Shown in pieces: positions 48,309 to 57,312 of a stretch of DNA of 64,000 nucleotides. The first letter of the stretch is position 1. Each line of letters begins with the position of its first letter. Source of the DNA: Pseudomonadota bacterium (GTDB taxonomy: Bacteria > Pseudomonadota > Alphaproteobacteria > Sphingomonadales > Sphingomonadaceae); assembly GCA_039033515.1 (NCBI GenBank), contig JBCCCM010000012.1:2710-66709 (forward strand). The letters are read 5' to 3'. Below the pieces are notes generated by a model. That model searched no databases. It saw nothing but the letters and a program-made list of their open reading frames with translations, and was not told the origin of the DNA. The translations under genes and the position numbers were made by a program.

Positions 48309-49307
48309 TTACAGTATCTTGGCGAGGAGTTGGGCCTTCTTGGCCTCGAACTCTTCTTTGCTCAGCGCGCCCGCTTCGTGCAGCGCGTGGAGCTTTTCTA
48401 TCACCTTGATCGGGTCTTCGGCGGGCGCGGCCGGAGCCGCAGCGGGGTTGGCCGCCGCCGCGCCGCCCGTAAGGCCACCCTGCATCACCTGACCCAGCGC
48501 CATCGCCGCCGCCACCCCAGCGCCAGCGCCCGCAACGCCGCCCGATGCGGCCATCGCTTCATCAAGCGAGTCCGCCGCTTTGAAGGTCGCGTAGTCTTGC
48601 AGGTTGCCGATCGCCCCCATCGAAGCGCGGTTGTCGATCGCTTCCTGCACTTTCTCAGGCAAGGAAAGGCTCTCTACATAAAGCGAAGGGATCACGATGC
48701 CCCATTGATCAGTCGCGTTGTCGGCGGCCTGTTGCAGCTCTTGGCTGAGCGCGGCCTGATCGGCGGCCATATCGAGAAACGGCGTCTTGCCCGACCCCAA
48801 AAGCGCGGCCAGGCTGGTCGCGATGATCGAGCGCATCTGCGCTTCCATATCGCTGATCCACAGCTGGTCGAGATTGGCGAAAGTCGTGTTGTAGAACTGG
48901 TCCACATTACCAAGTTTGAACGAATAGGTGCCAAAGGCGCGGATGCGCACCGCGCCAAATTCCGGGTCGCGCACGGTGATCGGCTGCGCGGTGCCCCATT
49001 TGAGCCCCGTGATCTCGCGCGTGGAGAAGAACATCACGTCCGACTTGAACGGGGACTTGAACATCTTGTCCCAGTTTTCCAGTGCGGTGATGATCGGCAG
49101 CGTGTCGGTCTCAAGCTCGTACATGCCCGGATCAAAGTGATCGGCCAGCTTGCCGTTGTTGAGGAACACCGCCTGTTGCCCCTCCCGCACCGTCAGGTTG
49201 GCGCCGTACTGGATCTCGTTATCCTCCATCGGCACGCGCCAGGCGAGCTGGCCCGGCTTTTCAACCCATTCGATGATGTCGATTAACTGTTTGGAAAAGA
49301 AACCCAT
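48309..49307 (-). CDS. SPFH/Band-7 domain protein with C-terminal SHOCT domain
   Basis: IDIIEW, LTVREGQQAVF, SPFKSDV, WGT..PI..RD.EFG.VRIRAFG; DPIKVIEKLHALHEAGALSKEEFEAKKAQLL. Confidence 0.92.
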   Translation of the reverse strand: MGFFSKQLIDIIEWVEKPGQLAWRVPMEDNEIQYGANLTVREGQQAVFLNNGKLADHFDPGMYELETDTLPIITALENWDKMFKSPFKSDVMFFSTREITGLKWGTAQPITVRDPEFGAVRIRAFGTYSFKLGNVDQFYNTTFANLDQLWISDMEAQMRSIIATSLAALLGSGKTPFLDMAADQAALSQELQQAADNATDQWGIVIPSLYVESLSLPEKVQEAIDNRASMGAIGNLQDYATFKAADSLDEAMAASGGVAGAGAGVAAAMALGQVMQGGLTGGAAAANPAAAPAAPAEDPIKVIEKLHALHEAGALSKEEFEAKKAQLLAKIL

Positions 49308-49511
49308 GGGTGATCCTCGATAAAAGTGGCTGGAGCGCGCCAGTGTGTGACCCGCATGGTAGGGGGAACATAGGCCTCGTGCCAAGGGCGCAAGCGATAC
49401 AAATACACCGGTAACGCCGCGGTCCCACAAAGCCTTGACCAAAACCGGTTAACGCAGGTGATCAGAGCGCGCTTTGCAACGGACGCTACGGAAGCGTCGC
49501 GCGGCGTTCAC

Positions 49512-49556
49512 TTTCCGCAACGTAAAGCCGAAAACAAAAGTTTCCGTAAACGTCAA
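49512..49556. promoter_or_regulatory. Tandem imperfect palindromes resembling LiuR-type operators
   Basis: tttccgcaacgtaaa (49512-49526) and tttccgtaaacgtcaa (49541-49556) upstream of the acyl-CoA dehydrogenases. Confidence 0.35.
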
Positions 49557-49637
49557 TCGCCCCTTGATCTTTGCTCTGCAAGCGGCATGACACCCGTTGT
49601 GGAAGGATACTGACGAGAGATTTGGGAGCAGTATAGC

Positions 49638-50837
49638 ATGAACCTCGACTTCACCCCCGAAGAGCAAGCGTTTCGCGAAGAAGTGCGCGCCTTCATCGAA
49701 GAGAATTACCCCAAGCACCTGAGGGATGGCGGCCAACGCGAAGATCTGCCGCCCGAAGACTTCGTCGCCTGGCATAAAGTGCTTGGCGAAAAAGGCTGGT
49801 CGGTGCCCGCATGGCCGACCGAATATGGCGGCACCGGCTGGACGCCGACGCAGCGTTACATCTGGTCGGAGGAAAACGCCCGCGTGAACGCGCTGATGCC
49901 GCTTCCCTTTGGCGTCTCGATGGTCGGCCCGGTAATCTACACCTTCGGCAACGACGAACAGAAGGCCAAGCACCTGCCCGGCATCCGCGATGGCAGCGTG
50001 TGGTGGTGTCAGGGCTATTCCGAGCCGGGCGCGGGTTCGGACCTCGCCAGCCTCAAAACCACCGCCGTGCGCGATGGCGATCATTATGTGATCAACGGGC
50101 AGAAGACCTGGACGACGCTGGCCCAGCACGCCGATTGGGGCTTCTTCCTGTGCCGCACCGATCCCGACGCGGCCAAGCCGCAAGAAGGCATCAGCTTCAT
50201 CCTGATCGACATGAAGACGCCGGGCGTCGAAGTGAAGCCGATCAAGCTTCTCGACGGCACGCATGAAGTCAACGAAACCTGGCTCACCGATGTGCGCGTT
50301 CCGGTCGAAAACCTCGTGGGTCAGGAAAACATGGGCTGGACCTACGCCAAATTCCTGCTCGCGCATGAGCGCAGCGGTATCGCCGGTGTCGCACGGTCCA
50401 AGCGCGGGGTTGAAAAGCTGCGCGATATCGCCGCTCAGGAAGAGCTCTATGGCGAGCCGCTGATCGAGGATTTCGATTTTGCGCGAAAAGTCAGCCAGCT
50501 TGAGATTGATCTGGCCGCGCTTGAAATCACCGAACTGCGCACGCTGGCCGGTGAACAGGCGGGCAAGGGTCCGGGCCCGGAAAGCTCGATCCTCAAGATC
50601 AAGGGCACCGAAATCCAGCAACGCCTGACCGAGCTCACATTGGAAGCGGTCGGCAGCTATGGCGCGCCTTATTATCTCGAAGCGGCCAACGATGAGGGTT
50701 CGAACGAGTACCAAATCGGTCCCGACTACGCTGCGCATTCGGCGGAGAACTACTTCAACATGCGCAAGACGTCGATCTATGGCGGATCGAACGAAATTCA
50801 GCGCAACATCATCACCAAGATGATCTTGGGCCTTTAA
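49638..50837 (+). CDS. Acyl-CoA dehydrogenase (PimC-like large subunit)
   Basis: WWCQGYSEPGAGSDLASL, NGQKTWTT, SIYGGSNEIQRNII. Confidence 0.92.
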   Translation: MNLDFTPEEQAFREEVRAFIEENYPKHLRDGGQREDLPPEDFVAWHKVLGEKGWSVPAWPTEYGGTGWTPTQRYIWSEENARVNALMPLPFGVSMVGPVIYTFGNDEQKAKHLPGIRDGSVWWCQGYSEPGAGSDLASLKTTAVRDGDHYVINGQKTWTTLAQHADWGFFLCRTDPDAAKPQEGISFILIDMKTPGVEVKPIKLLDGTHEVNETWLTDVRVPVENLVGQENMGWTYAKFLLAHERSGIAGVARSKRGVEKLRDIAAQEELYGEPLIEDFDFARKVSQLEIDLAALEITELRTLAGEQAGKGPGPESSILKIKGTEIQQRLTELTLEAVGSYGAPYYLEAANDEGSNEYQIGPDYAAHSAENYFNMRKTSIYGGSNEIQRNIITKMILGL

Positions 50838-50921
50838 GGTCCAACGGGATGGCTTGAGACGGGTATGGCGGTTTTATAAGACCGCCAACCCACGTTGAGC
50901 CACTGGGAGAAAGAACAAGAA

Positions 50922-52052
50922 ATGGATTTCAACTTCACCGAAGAACAGGACATGGTCCGCGATGGTCTCTCGCGCATGGTCCGCGAACAATATGACTGGG
51001 AAACCCGCCAGAAAGCCATCGCCAGCGAAGCCGGATGGAGCCCCGACGTTTGGGCGCAACTGGCGGAACTCGGCATTCTCGGCATGCCCTTCTCCGAAGA
51101 GGTCGGCGGCTTCGGCGGCGGCGCGATTGACGCGATGGTCGTTATGGAAGAATTCGGCAAAGGCCTCGTGGTCGAGCCCTTCGTCCCCACGGTCGTGTGC
51201 GCAGGCGGCTTTCTGAAGCACGCGGGCACATCGGCTCAGCAGGAAGAGCATCTGTCCGCGATCATCAGCGGTGAGCGCGTCTTTGCCTTCGCCTATGGCG
51301 AGCCCAAGGGCCGTTTCGACTATTCGGACATCGGCACGACCGCGAAGAAGGACGGTGACGGCTATGTCCTCAACGGTCACAAGGCGGTCGTGATCGGCGC
51401 GCCTTGGGCCAGCCACCTGATCGTCACCGCCCGCACCGGCGGCGCGCGCCGCGAAGCCGAGGGCGTGAGCGTCTTCATCGTCGACAAGTCAGCCGCCGGC
51501 ATCTCCACGCGCGACTACGCCACGGTCGATGGCCGCCGCGCTTCGGAAGTGTATTTCGAGAACGTCTCGGTCGCCGCTGACGCTCTGATCGGTGAAGAGG
51601 GCGGCGCCCTCCCCTTGATCGAGCTGGTCACCGACGAGGCTATCGCCGCCCTATGTGCGGAAGCGTGCGGCGCGATGAAGGTCGCCCACGCGCAAACGCT
51701 GGAATATTCCAAGCAGCGCAAGCAATTCGGCGTTCCGATCGGCAAGTTCCAGGTGCTGCAACACCGCATGGTCGACATGTACACCGCCTATGAAACGGCT
51801 GTATCGCTAACCTATCTCGCGACGCTCAAGCTGGGCGAGGAAGAGCGGTCACGCAAACGCCACGTCTCAGCCGCCAAGGTTGGCGTCGGGCAATCCGCGC
51901 GGCTTGTGGGTCAGGACGCGGTGCAGATCCACGGCGGCAACGGCGTGACCGACGAATATCAGATCGGTCACTACTTTAAGCGCCTCACCCTGTTCGACGC
52001 CGAATTCGGCAATGTCGATCACCACATGAAGCGCCACGTCTCGCTCGCCTAA
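50922..52052 (+). CDS. Acyl-CoA dehydrogenase (PimD-like small subunit)
   Basis: MDFNFTEEQ, RKQFGVPIGKFQVLQHR, QIHGGNG; paired with the upstream paralog. Confidence 0.9.
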   Translation: MDFNFTEEQDMVRDGLSRMVREQYDWETRQKAIASEAGWSPDVWAQLAELGILGMPFSEEVGGFGGGAIDAMVVMEEFGKGLVVEPFVPTVVCAGGFLKHAGTSAQQEEHLSAIISGERVFAFAYGEPKGRFDYSDIGTTAKKDGDGYVLNGHKAVVIGAPWASHLIVTARTGGARREAEGVSVFIVDKSAAGISTRDYATVDGRRASEVYFENVSVAADALIGEEGGALPLIELVTDEAIAALCAEACGAMKVAHAQTLEYSKQRKQFGVPIGKFQVLQHRMVDMYTAYETAVSLTYLATLKLGEEERSRKRHVSAAKVGVGQSARLVGQDAVQIHGGNGVTDEYQIGHYFKRLTLFDAEFGNVDHHMKRHVSLA

Positions 52053-52081
52053 AGCCGCAGGCTTACGGCTCAATAAAAGAG

Positions 52082-52118
52082 AAGGCCGGTACCGCGTGCA
52101 GCGGGACCGGCCTTTTTT
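52082..52118. terminator. Intrinsic terminator (probably bidirectional)
   Basis: aaggccggtaccgc/gcgggaccggcctt stem with T6 on the right and an A-rich run on the left, between convergent genes. Confidence 0.85.
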
Positions 52119-52139
52119 CTTTACGTCGGCGCCCCAAGG

Positions 52140-55100
52140 CTAACGCGGCCAGGTCGGCACTCCGCTGCCCGGCGTGTACGGCGCGCCCTTGGTGCCCAGC
52201 TCCGCTTCGAGAGCTTCTACGCGGAGCTCGATATCGCGAAGCTGCTCGAGCGCAGTGGCAAACTCAGCCTTGGCGATTTCCAGCGCCGTCTTGTCCGAAC
52301 CCGTCACAGGCGACTGGTGCGACCAGCCCCAACCTCGGATCTGGCCAAGCCGCTGCACGATCGAGAACGGCACCGGCTCATTGCGGCTCGCTACCGAGCC
52401 GTCGCCGTACATTGCCACCCGCGCTTCATCGAGAAGCGTTTCGATGGCCTGCACATTCGCGCGCTGCGCCTCGTTGGCCTCAGGCAATGCCTCGATAGCG
52501 CGTTTGAGGTGGCTGATGCGATTTTGCAGTTCCGCGCCCGCCGCGCCCGCGCCGGTCACCGCGCGCGCGAACTCCGCCGTCTCCTGCTGGAAGGCCAGCG
52601 CGCCAGTGCGATCAGGCGCGACCTCGGGGCTGCGATCCAGCGCTTTGACGGTGAAGGTCTTCGGCGATCCCAAAGGTGTCACCACGCCATTGATCCGCTT
52701 ACCCATTTGCGCCGTGTATTGGCCGGGCACCACCAGCGGCCCGTCGCTTTGCCCGCCAAAGGGCGATGGCGGACCTTGCTGCAAGCGCACCGGATCAGGC
52801 GCGCCGTAGCGCAGGTTCCAAGCGACCCGGTGCAGACCCTTGGTCGACGGCGCGTCCATACGGCGCACGATATTGCCGCTGGCATCGGTTATGGTGAAGA
52901 CGATGGCGGGCGGATCCTCGCGATCCTCGGCGCGCAATGTCGCCCACGACGGATAGGGCGTGTCCCCGCCCTTCTTCGTGGTTTCTTGTTCAGCCTTGCG
53001 CCGCGCCTTGGCGCGGGTCTCTAACCCATCGCGCAAAGTGTAGGTGAGGACCGCGCCAAAGGGCGGGTTTTCCGCGAACCAGAAATCATCGCCGTTAAAG
53101 GCGCGCGGGCCGCCATAGGTGCCCCACAGATCCCCCTCGACGTAAAGCCACGGATCGCGCACATCGAACAAGGTCGCCTCGGCGCTGGCGACGCTGGCCG
53201 CGCTGGTGCGCAGCGGCGAATAATCGTCGAGCACATAAATGCTGCGGCCAAAGGTGCCGACCACCAAGTCGTTTTCGCGCCGCTGGATCTCCAGATCGCG
53301 AACGGCAATGGTCGGGAAGTTCGCCTTTAGCGCGTGCCAACTGCCCCCGCGATCCTGTGAGTAGAACAGGCCCAATTCGGTGCCCAGGAACAGCAGCTTT
53401 GGATCGACATGATCCTCCGCAATCGTGTGCGCCGCGCCGCGCATCGGCAGATCGCCCATGATCGGTTGCCAAGAGCGGCCCTTATCGCTGGTGCGGAAAA
53501 CATAGGGCTTGTCATCGCCGCGCTTATGGTTGTCGAACACGGCGTAGGCGACGTTGGCGTCGCTTTGCGAGGTTACGATATCCTCGACCAGCGTCATGTC
53601 GGGCACGCCCCGGATCATTTCCAACCGCCGCCAGGTCGCGCCGTTATCCTCCGTCACCGAGATCACGCCGTCATCCGTGCCGACATAGATCAGCCCTTGT
53701 TGAACCGGGCTTTCGCTGATCGAGATCGCCGCGCCAAAGATCGATGTGGAATCGTTCTTGGCCACCGCATCGACGCTCCACACGCGCCCCATCACGGGCA
53801 GCGCGTTGCGATCGATCTGACGAGTGAGATCGGGGCTGATCTTCTTCCAGGAGTTGCCGCGATCGTCGGAGGCAAACAGATATTCCGCCGCGTAGTAAAT
53901 CCGGTCGGGATTGTGCGGGCTGATGAGAACCGGCGTGTTCCAGTTCCACTTATAGGCCCGCTCACCCGGTTCGGGCTGCGGGGTCAGGAACACGCGTTCC
54001 TGCGTGCGTCGGTCATAGCGCGCGAGGCCGCCATATTGGTACTGGGTGTATACGATGTTGGGATCGCGCGGATCAATCTGCGGCTTGTACCCATCACCGC
54101 CGAGCACGATGTGCCAGTCCGAATTGGTGATCCCATGCTTGGTCGTGGTGCGCGATGGGCCGCACAGCGAGTTGTTGTCCTGCGTGCCCCCGCACACATT
54201 GTAGAACGGCAGCGCGTTGTCGGGCTGGATGCGGTAAAACTGCACAATCGGCAGGTTGCGCGTGTGGCGCCATTGCTGGCCACCATCCCAGCTTTCGTAG
54301 ATGCCGCCATCGCCGCCCATCAGCATATGCTGCGTGTTCGTCTCATCAATCCACAGCGCGTGATCATCGACGTGGCGCGCCGTGTTGCTGAGCGGGGCAA
54401 AAGTCTTGCCGCCGTCGGTGGAGCGGGTCGAAAAGGTGTCGAGCGAATAGAGCACCTCGGGATCTTTGGGATCGACGATGATCTCGTTGTAATATTGCGG
54501 GCTGGTGGTCATGTGGCCCGAACGCTTGGTCCAGCTTTGCCCGAAATCGGACGTGCGATAGACGCCCTGCTGGTCCGGCTGCCCTTCAACAATGGCGTAG
54601 ACCATGTCCGGGTCCGATGGCGCCATGGCAAGGCCGATGCGCCCCATCTCATCGCCGGGCAGCCCCGCGCCGACCTTGCTCCAGTTTTCGCCGCCATCGC
54701 TGGAGCGGTGGATGCCAGAGCCCGGCCCGCCATTGATCAGCGTCCAGACATGGCGTCGCCGCTGGTAGGAGCTCGCAACGATCTGGTCCGGGTCATCGGG
54801 ATGGACGACGAATTCGTTAATGCCGGTGTGTTCGTCGATTTCCAGCACGCGTTTCCACGTCGCGCCGCCATCCGTGGTCTTGTAGAGCCCGCGATCCCCA
54901 CCTGCGGACCACAGCGGCCCTTGGGCAGCGACGAGCACGTGATCGGCGTTTTCCGGGTTGATCCAGATCTGTCCGATATGGCCCGATTGCTTGAGCCCCA
55001 TATTGGTCCACGATTTGCCGCCATCGGTCGATTTGTAGACCCCGTCGCCATTCGCGACCGAGCGCTGGGCGTTGTTCTCGCCTGTGCCGACCCAGATCGT

Positions 55101-55442
55101 CTTGTCGTCGCTGGGCGCGATTTCGACGACGCCCACCGCATACGCGCCTTCGCGGTCGAAGATCGGGGTCCAGCTAACGCCCGCGTTTGTGGTCATCCAC
55201 ACCCCGCCCGATGCGGTCGCGACGATGTAATGGTGCGATCCGTCGCCGAAGAAGGCAAAGTCCGAAATGCGGCCCGAGACATAGGCCGGACCGATCAGCC
55301 GCAGCGGAAGGTTCGAGAGATCGCTCGGTTTTGTGTCTTGCGCCTGCGCGGCCAGCGGGCTGATCGGCACCGCAGCCCCGACGCTCACCAAAGCGGCGCC
55401 CGCCAAAAGTCCTGCGCTCGCGCGCTTTGCCCAATGTACCAT
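52140..55442 (-). CDS. Exported BNR/Asp-box (VPS10-like) beta-propeller protein, putative glycosyl hydrolase
   Basis: 1100 aa with signal peptide; repeated SxDGGxxW boxes (STDGGKSW, TTDGGATW, SSDGGENW, SWDGGQQW, SDDRGNSW). Confidence 0.9.
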   Translation of the reverse strand: MVHWAKRASAGLLAGAALVSVGAAVPISPLAAQAQDTKPSDLSNLPLRLIGPAYVSGRISDFAFFGDGSHHYIVATASGGVWMTTNAGVSWTPIFDREGAYAVGVVEIAPSDDKTIWVGTGENNAQRSVANGDGVYKSTDGGKSWTNMGLKQSGHIGQIWINPENADHVLVAAQGPLWSAGGDRGLYKTTDGGATWKRVLEIDEHTGINEFVVHPDDPDQIVASSYQRRRHVWTLINGGPGSGIHRSSDGGENWSKVGAGLPGDEMGRIGLAMAPSDPDMVYAIVEGQPDQQGVYRTSDFGQSWTKRSGHMTTSPQYYNEIIVDPKDPEVLYSLDTFSTRSTDGGKTFAPLSNTARHVDDHALWIDETNTQHMLMGGDGGIYESWDGGQQWRHTRNLPIVQFYRIQPDNALPFYNVCGGTQDNNSLCGPSRTTTKHGITNSDWHIVLGGDGYKPQIDPRDPNIVYTQYQYGGLARYDRRTQERVFLTPQPEPGERAYKWNWNTPVLISPHNPDRIYYAAEYLFASDDRGNSWKKISPDLTRQIDRNALPVMGRVWSVDAVAKNDSTSIFGAAISISESPVQQGLIYVGTDDGVISVTEDNGATWRRLEMIRGVPDMTLVEDIVTSQSDANVAYAVFDNHKRGDDKPYVFRTSDKGRSWQPIMGDLPMRGAAHTIAEDHVDPKLLFLGTELGLFYSQDRGGSWHALKANFPTIAVRDLEIQRRENDLVVGTFGRSIYVLDDYSPLRTSAASVASAEATLFDVRDPWLYVEGDLWGTYGGPRAFNGDDFWFAENPPFGAVLTYTLRDGLETRAKARRKAEQETTKKGGDTPYPSWATLRAEDREDPPAIVFTITDASGNIVRRMDAPSTKGLHRVAWNLRYGAPDPVRLQQGPPSPFGGQSDGPLVVPGQYTAQMGKRINGVVTPLGSPKTFTVKALDRSPEVAPDRTGALAFQQETAEFARAVTGAGAAGAELQNRISHLKRAIEALPEANEAQRANVQAIETLLDEARVAMYGDGSVASRNEPVPFSIVQRLGQIRGWGWSHQSPVTGSDKTALEIAKAEFATALEQLRDIELRVEALEAELGTKGAPYTPGSGVPTWPR

Positions 55443-55524
55443 CGCTGAAACCCCTATCCCTTAACCGTCCAACGCGGACTTTAATGGGCGAGGTTGGTTT
55501 GGCAATTGCGCTTGGTCGAAAGCC

Positions 55525-57120
55525 CTAGGCCTCGGCGAGCGATCCCGGTGCGCCGTGACCAACCGTCATGCGTTTGCGTGTGCTGAGCGACCCGCCCTTG
55601 GTGGAGATTTTGTCGACCACCTTGAACTCGGTCATCCACTGATCGCGGCTCACATCACAGATGACGTAGCCGCGCTGCGAGTTGAACCATTTAAGGCACT
55701 CGTTTTCCTGCTGTATCGCAAGGGTATCGGCCCGCTTATCCTCTCCGTCACCGCTAGAGGAGATGGAGGTGGTCACGAACTCGGTCGCGATTGGCTTGGC
55801 CTCGGGTCTCTGGCCGTCCATGTGCAGCTCGCCCGCGTAATTCTGGTGCTCATCGCCCGTAAGAACGATTACGCTGTCGCGGCCCAGATCCTTGATCTGA
55901 TCAAGCATTCGGGCGCGCGGCGTGCGGTATCCGGCCCAGCTGTCGAGATTCTCGGTGCGCCCCTCGCCCGGACGGCGATCGAGGTCCATGACCATGATCT
56001 GCTGCGCCAGAACCTGCCAGCGCGCGCTTGAGGCACCCAGTTTCTCGTACAGCCATTGCTCCTGCGCGCGGCCGAGCACTTCGAGGTTGGGATCGTTGAC
56101 CGCCTCGCATTCCACGCCCCAGCGATCACCGCAGGGCTGGTCGCTGCGATAGCTGCGCGTGTCGAGCAGGTTGAAATCAAGCAAATCGCCAAACCGCGCC
56201 TGACGATAAAGCTGCATGCGCGCCCCCATCGGCATGGAAGACACGCGCAGCGGCATATGTTCGTAATAGGCCTGCATCGCCATCTGCTTACGCAACTGAA
56301 ACGCGTATTGCGGCGTTTCGTCCTGATCGATCGCGGAGACCCAGTTGTTATCGATCTCGTGATCGTCCCACATCACGAACCACGGCGCTGAAGCGTGCGC
56401 GGCCTGTAGATCGGGATCCATCTTGTATTGCGCGTAGCGCCGGCGATAATCGGAAATCGTGTAGATCTCCTGCCCGAAATGCTGGCGCGGGTTGACCACC
56501 GGGCCATTGCGGCTGTTCCACACACGGTTGCCACGCCCTTCGTAAATGTAATCGCCATAGCAGTAGACGAAGTCGGCCTGCTCATCCGCCAGATAGCGGT
56601 GCGCGGTGTAATAGCCGCTTTCGTAATGCTGGCAGCCTGCGACGGCAAAGCGGACGTTTTCAACCGGTTGACCGATGGCGGGCGTGGTGCGGCTGCGCCC
56701 TCTGGGACTGCGTTCGCGTCCGGCGAAGAAGCGGTAGAAATATTCGCGGTTAGGTTCGAGATCGGCGACCTCAACATGCACCGCGTGGCCCAATTCCGGA
56801 CGCGCAATGGCGGTGCCCTCGGCGACCTTCATCCGCATACCGGGGTCGCTGGCGACTTCCCAACGCACTTCGACCGGAGCGGGCGGCATGCCATAGCCGA
56901 TCTCAAACGGTTCGGGCGCCAGCCGCGTCCAGATGACAAACCCATCGAACGAAGGCTCACCCGAGGCGATGCCCAGTTGAAACGGATAGGCCTGAAAGAT
57001 CGGTTGAGCGATCGCGCGCGCGCCGGACACCAGCGCCAGACCCGTAATGGCCGAGGCGCCAAAGGCCTTAAGCGCGAAACGACGGCTGAGCTCCAGCCGC
57101 TTGGAAGTGAAATCGTTCAT
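55525..57120 (-). CDS. phoD: Alkaline phosphatase D (Tat-exported)
   Basis: SRRFALK Tat motif, FQLGIASG, IWTRLAP, GDYIYE, WDDHE, LLDTRSYR, GDEH. Confidence 0.95.
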   Translation of the reverse strand: MNDFTSKRLELSRRFALKAFGASAITGLALVSGARAIAQPIFQAYPFQLGIASGEPSFDGFVIWTRLAPEPFEIGYGMPPAPVEVRWEVASDPGMRMKVAEGTAIARPELGHAVHVEVADLEPNREYFYRFFAGRERSPRGRSRTTPAIGQPVENVRFAVAGCQHYESGYYTAHRYLADEQADFVYCYGDYIYEGRGNRVWNSRNGPVVNPRQHFGQEIYTISDYRRRYAQYKMDPDLQAAHASAPWFVMWDDHEIDNNWVSAIDQDETPQYAFQLRKQMAMQAYYEHMPLRVSSMPMGARMQLYRQARFGDLLDFNLLDTRSYRSDQPCGDRWGVECEAVNDPNLEVLGRAQEQWLYEKLGASSARWQVLAQQIMVMDLDRRPGEGRTENLDSWAGYRTPRARMLDQIKDLGRDSVIVLTGDEHQNYAGELHMDGQRPEAKPIATEFVTTSISSSGDGEDKRADTLAIQQENECLKWFNSQRGYVICDVSRDQWMTEFKVVDKISTKGGSLSTRKRMTVGHGAPGSLAEA

Positions 57121-57229
57121 GAAAAGCCCAGCCTTGGTTCGATGGCAACGTTAACGCGCATGAGCGCTTCGTGTTTCGCTTTTATGGCGGGGATGCCGCA
57201 CCCGCGTCCATAGCCGAGGGCTCGGTGGC

Positions 57230-57237
57230 TTAACCAT
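57230..57237 (+). promoter_or_regulatory. TTAACCAT CtrA half-site candidate
   Basis: Exact TTAACCAT about 75 bp upstream of the glycosylation cluster. Confidence 0.3.
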
Positions 57238-57312
57238 ATCTACAGCCTCGTGGGATAGGCGGGATGCGGCTGAAACCCCTTAAGCAACCGCGAGCGCGCC
57301 CGAGCACGACCC

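Noticed and set aside
49368-49386. TGGCACG on the minus strand upstream of the SPFH gene as a sigma54 promoter
   Set aside because: The -24 element is perfect, but AT rather than GC occupies the -12 position.
53409-55448. 679-aa ORF on the + strand
   Set aside because: Antisense shadow of the BNR-repeat gene, typical of high-GC codon bias; no recognisable motifs.
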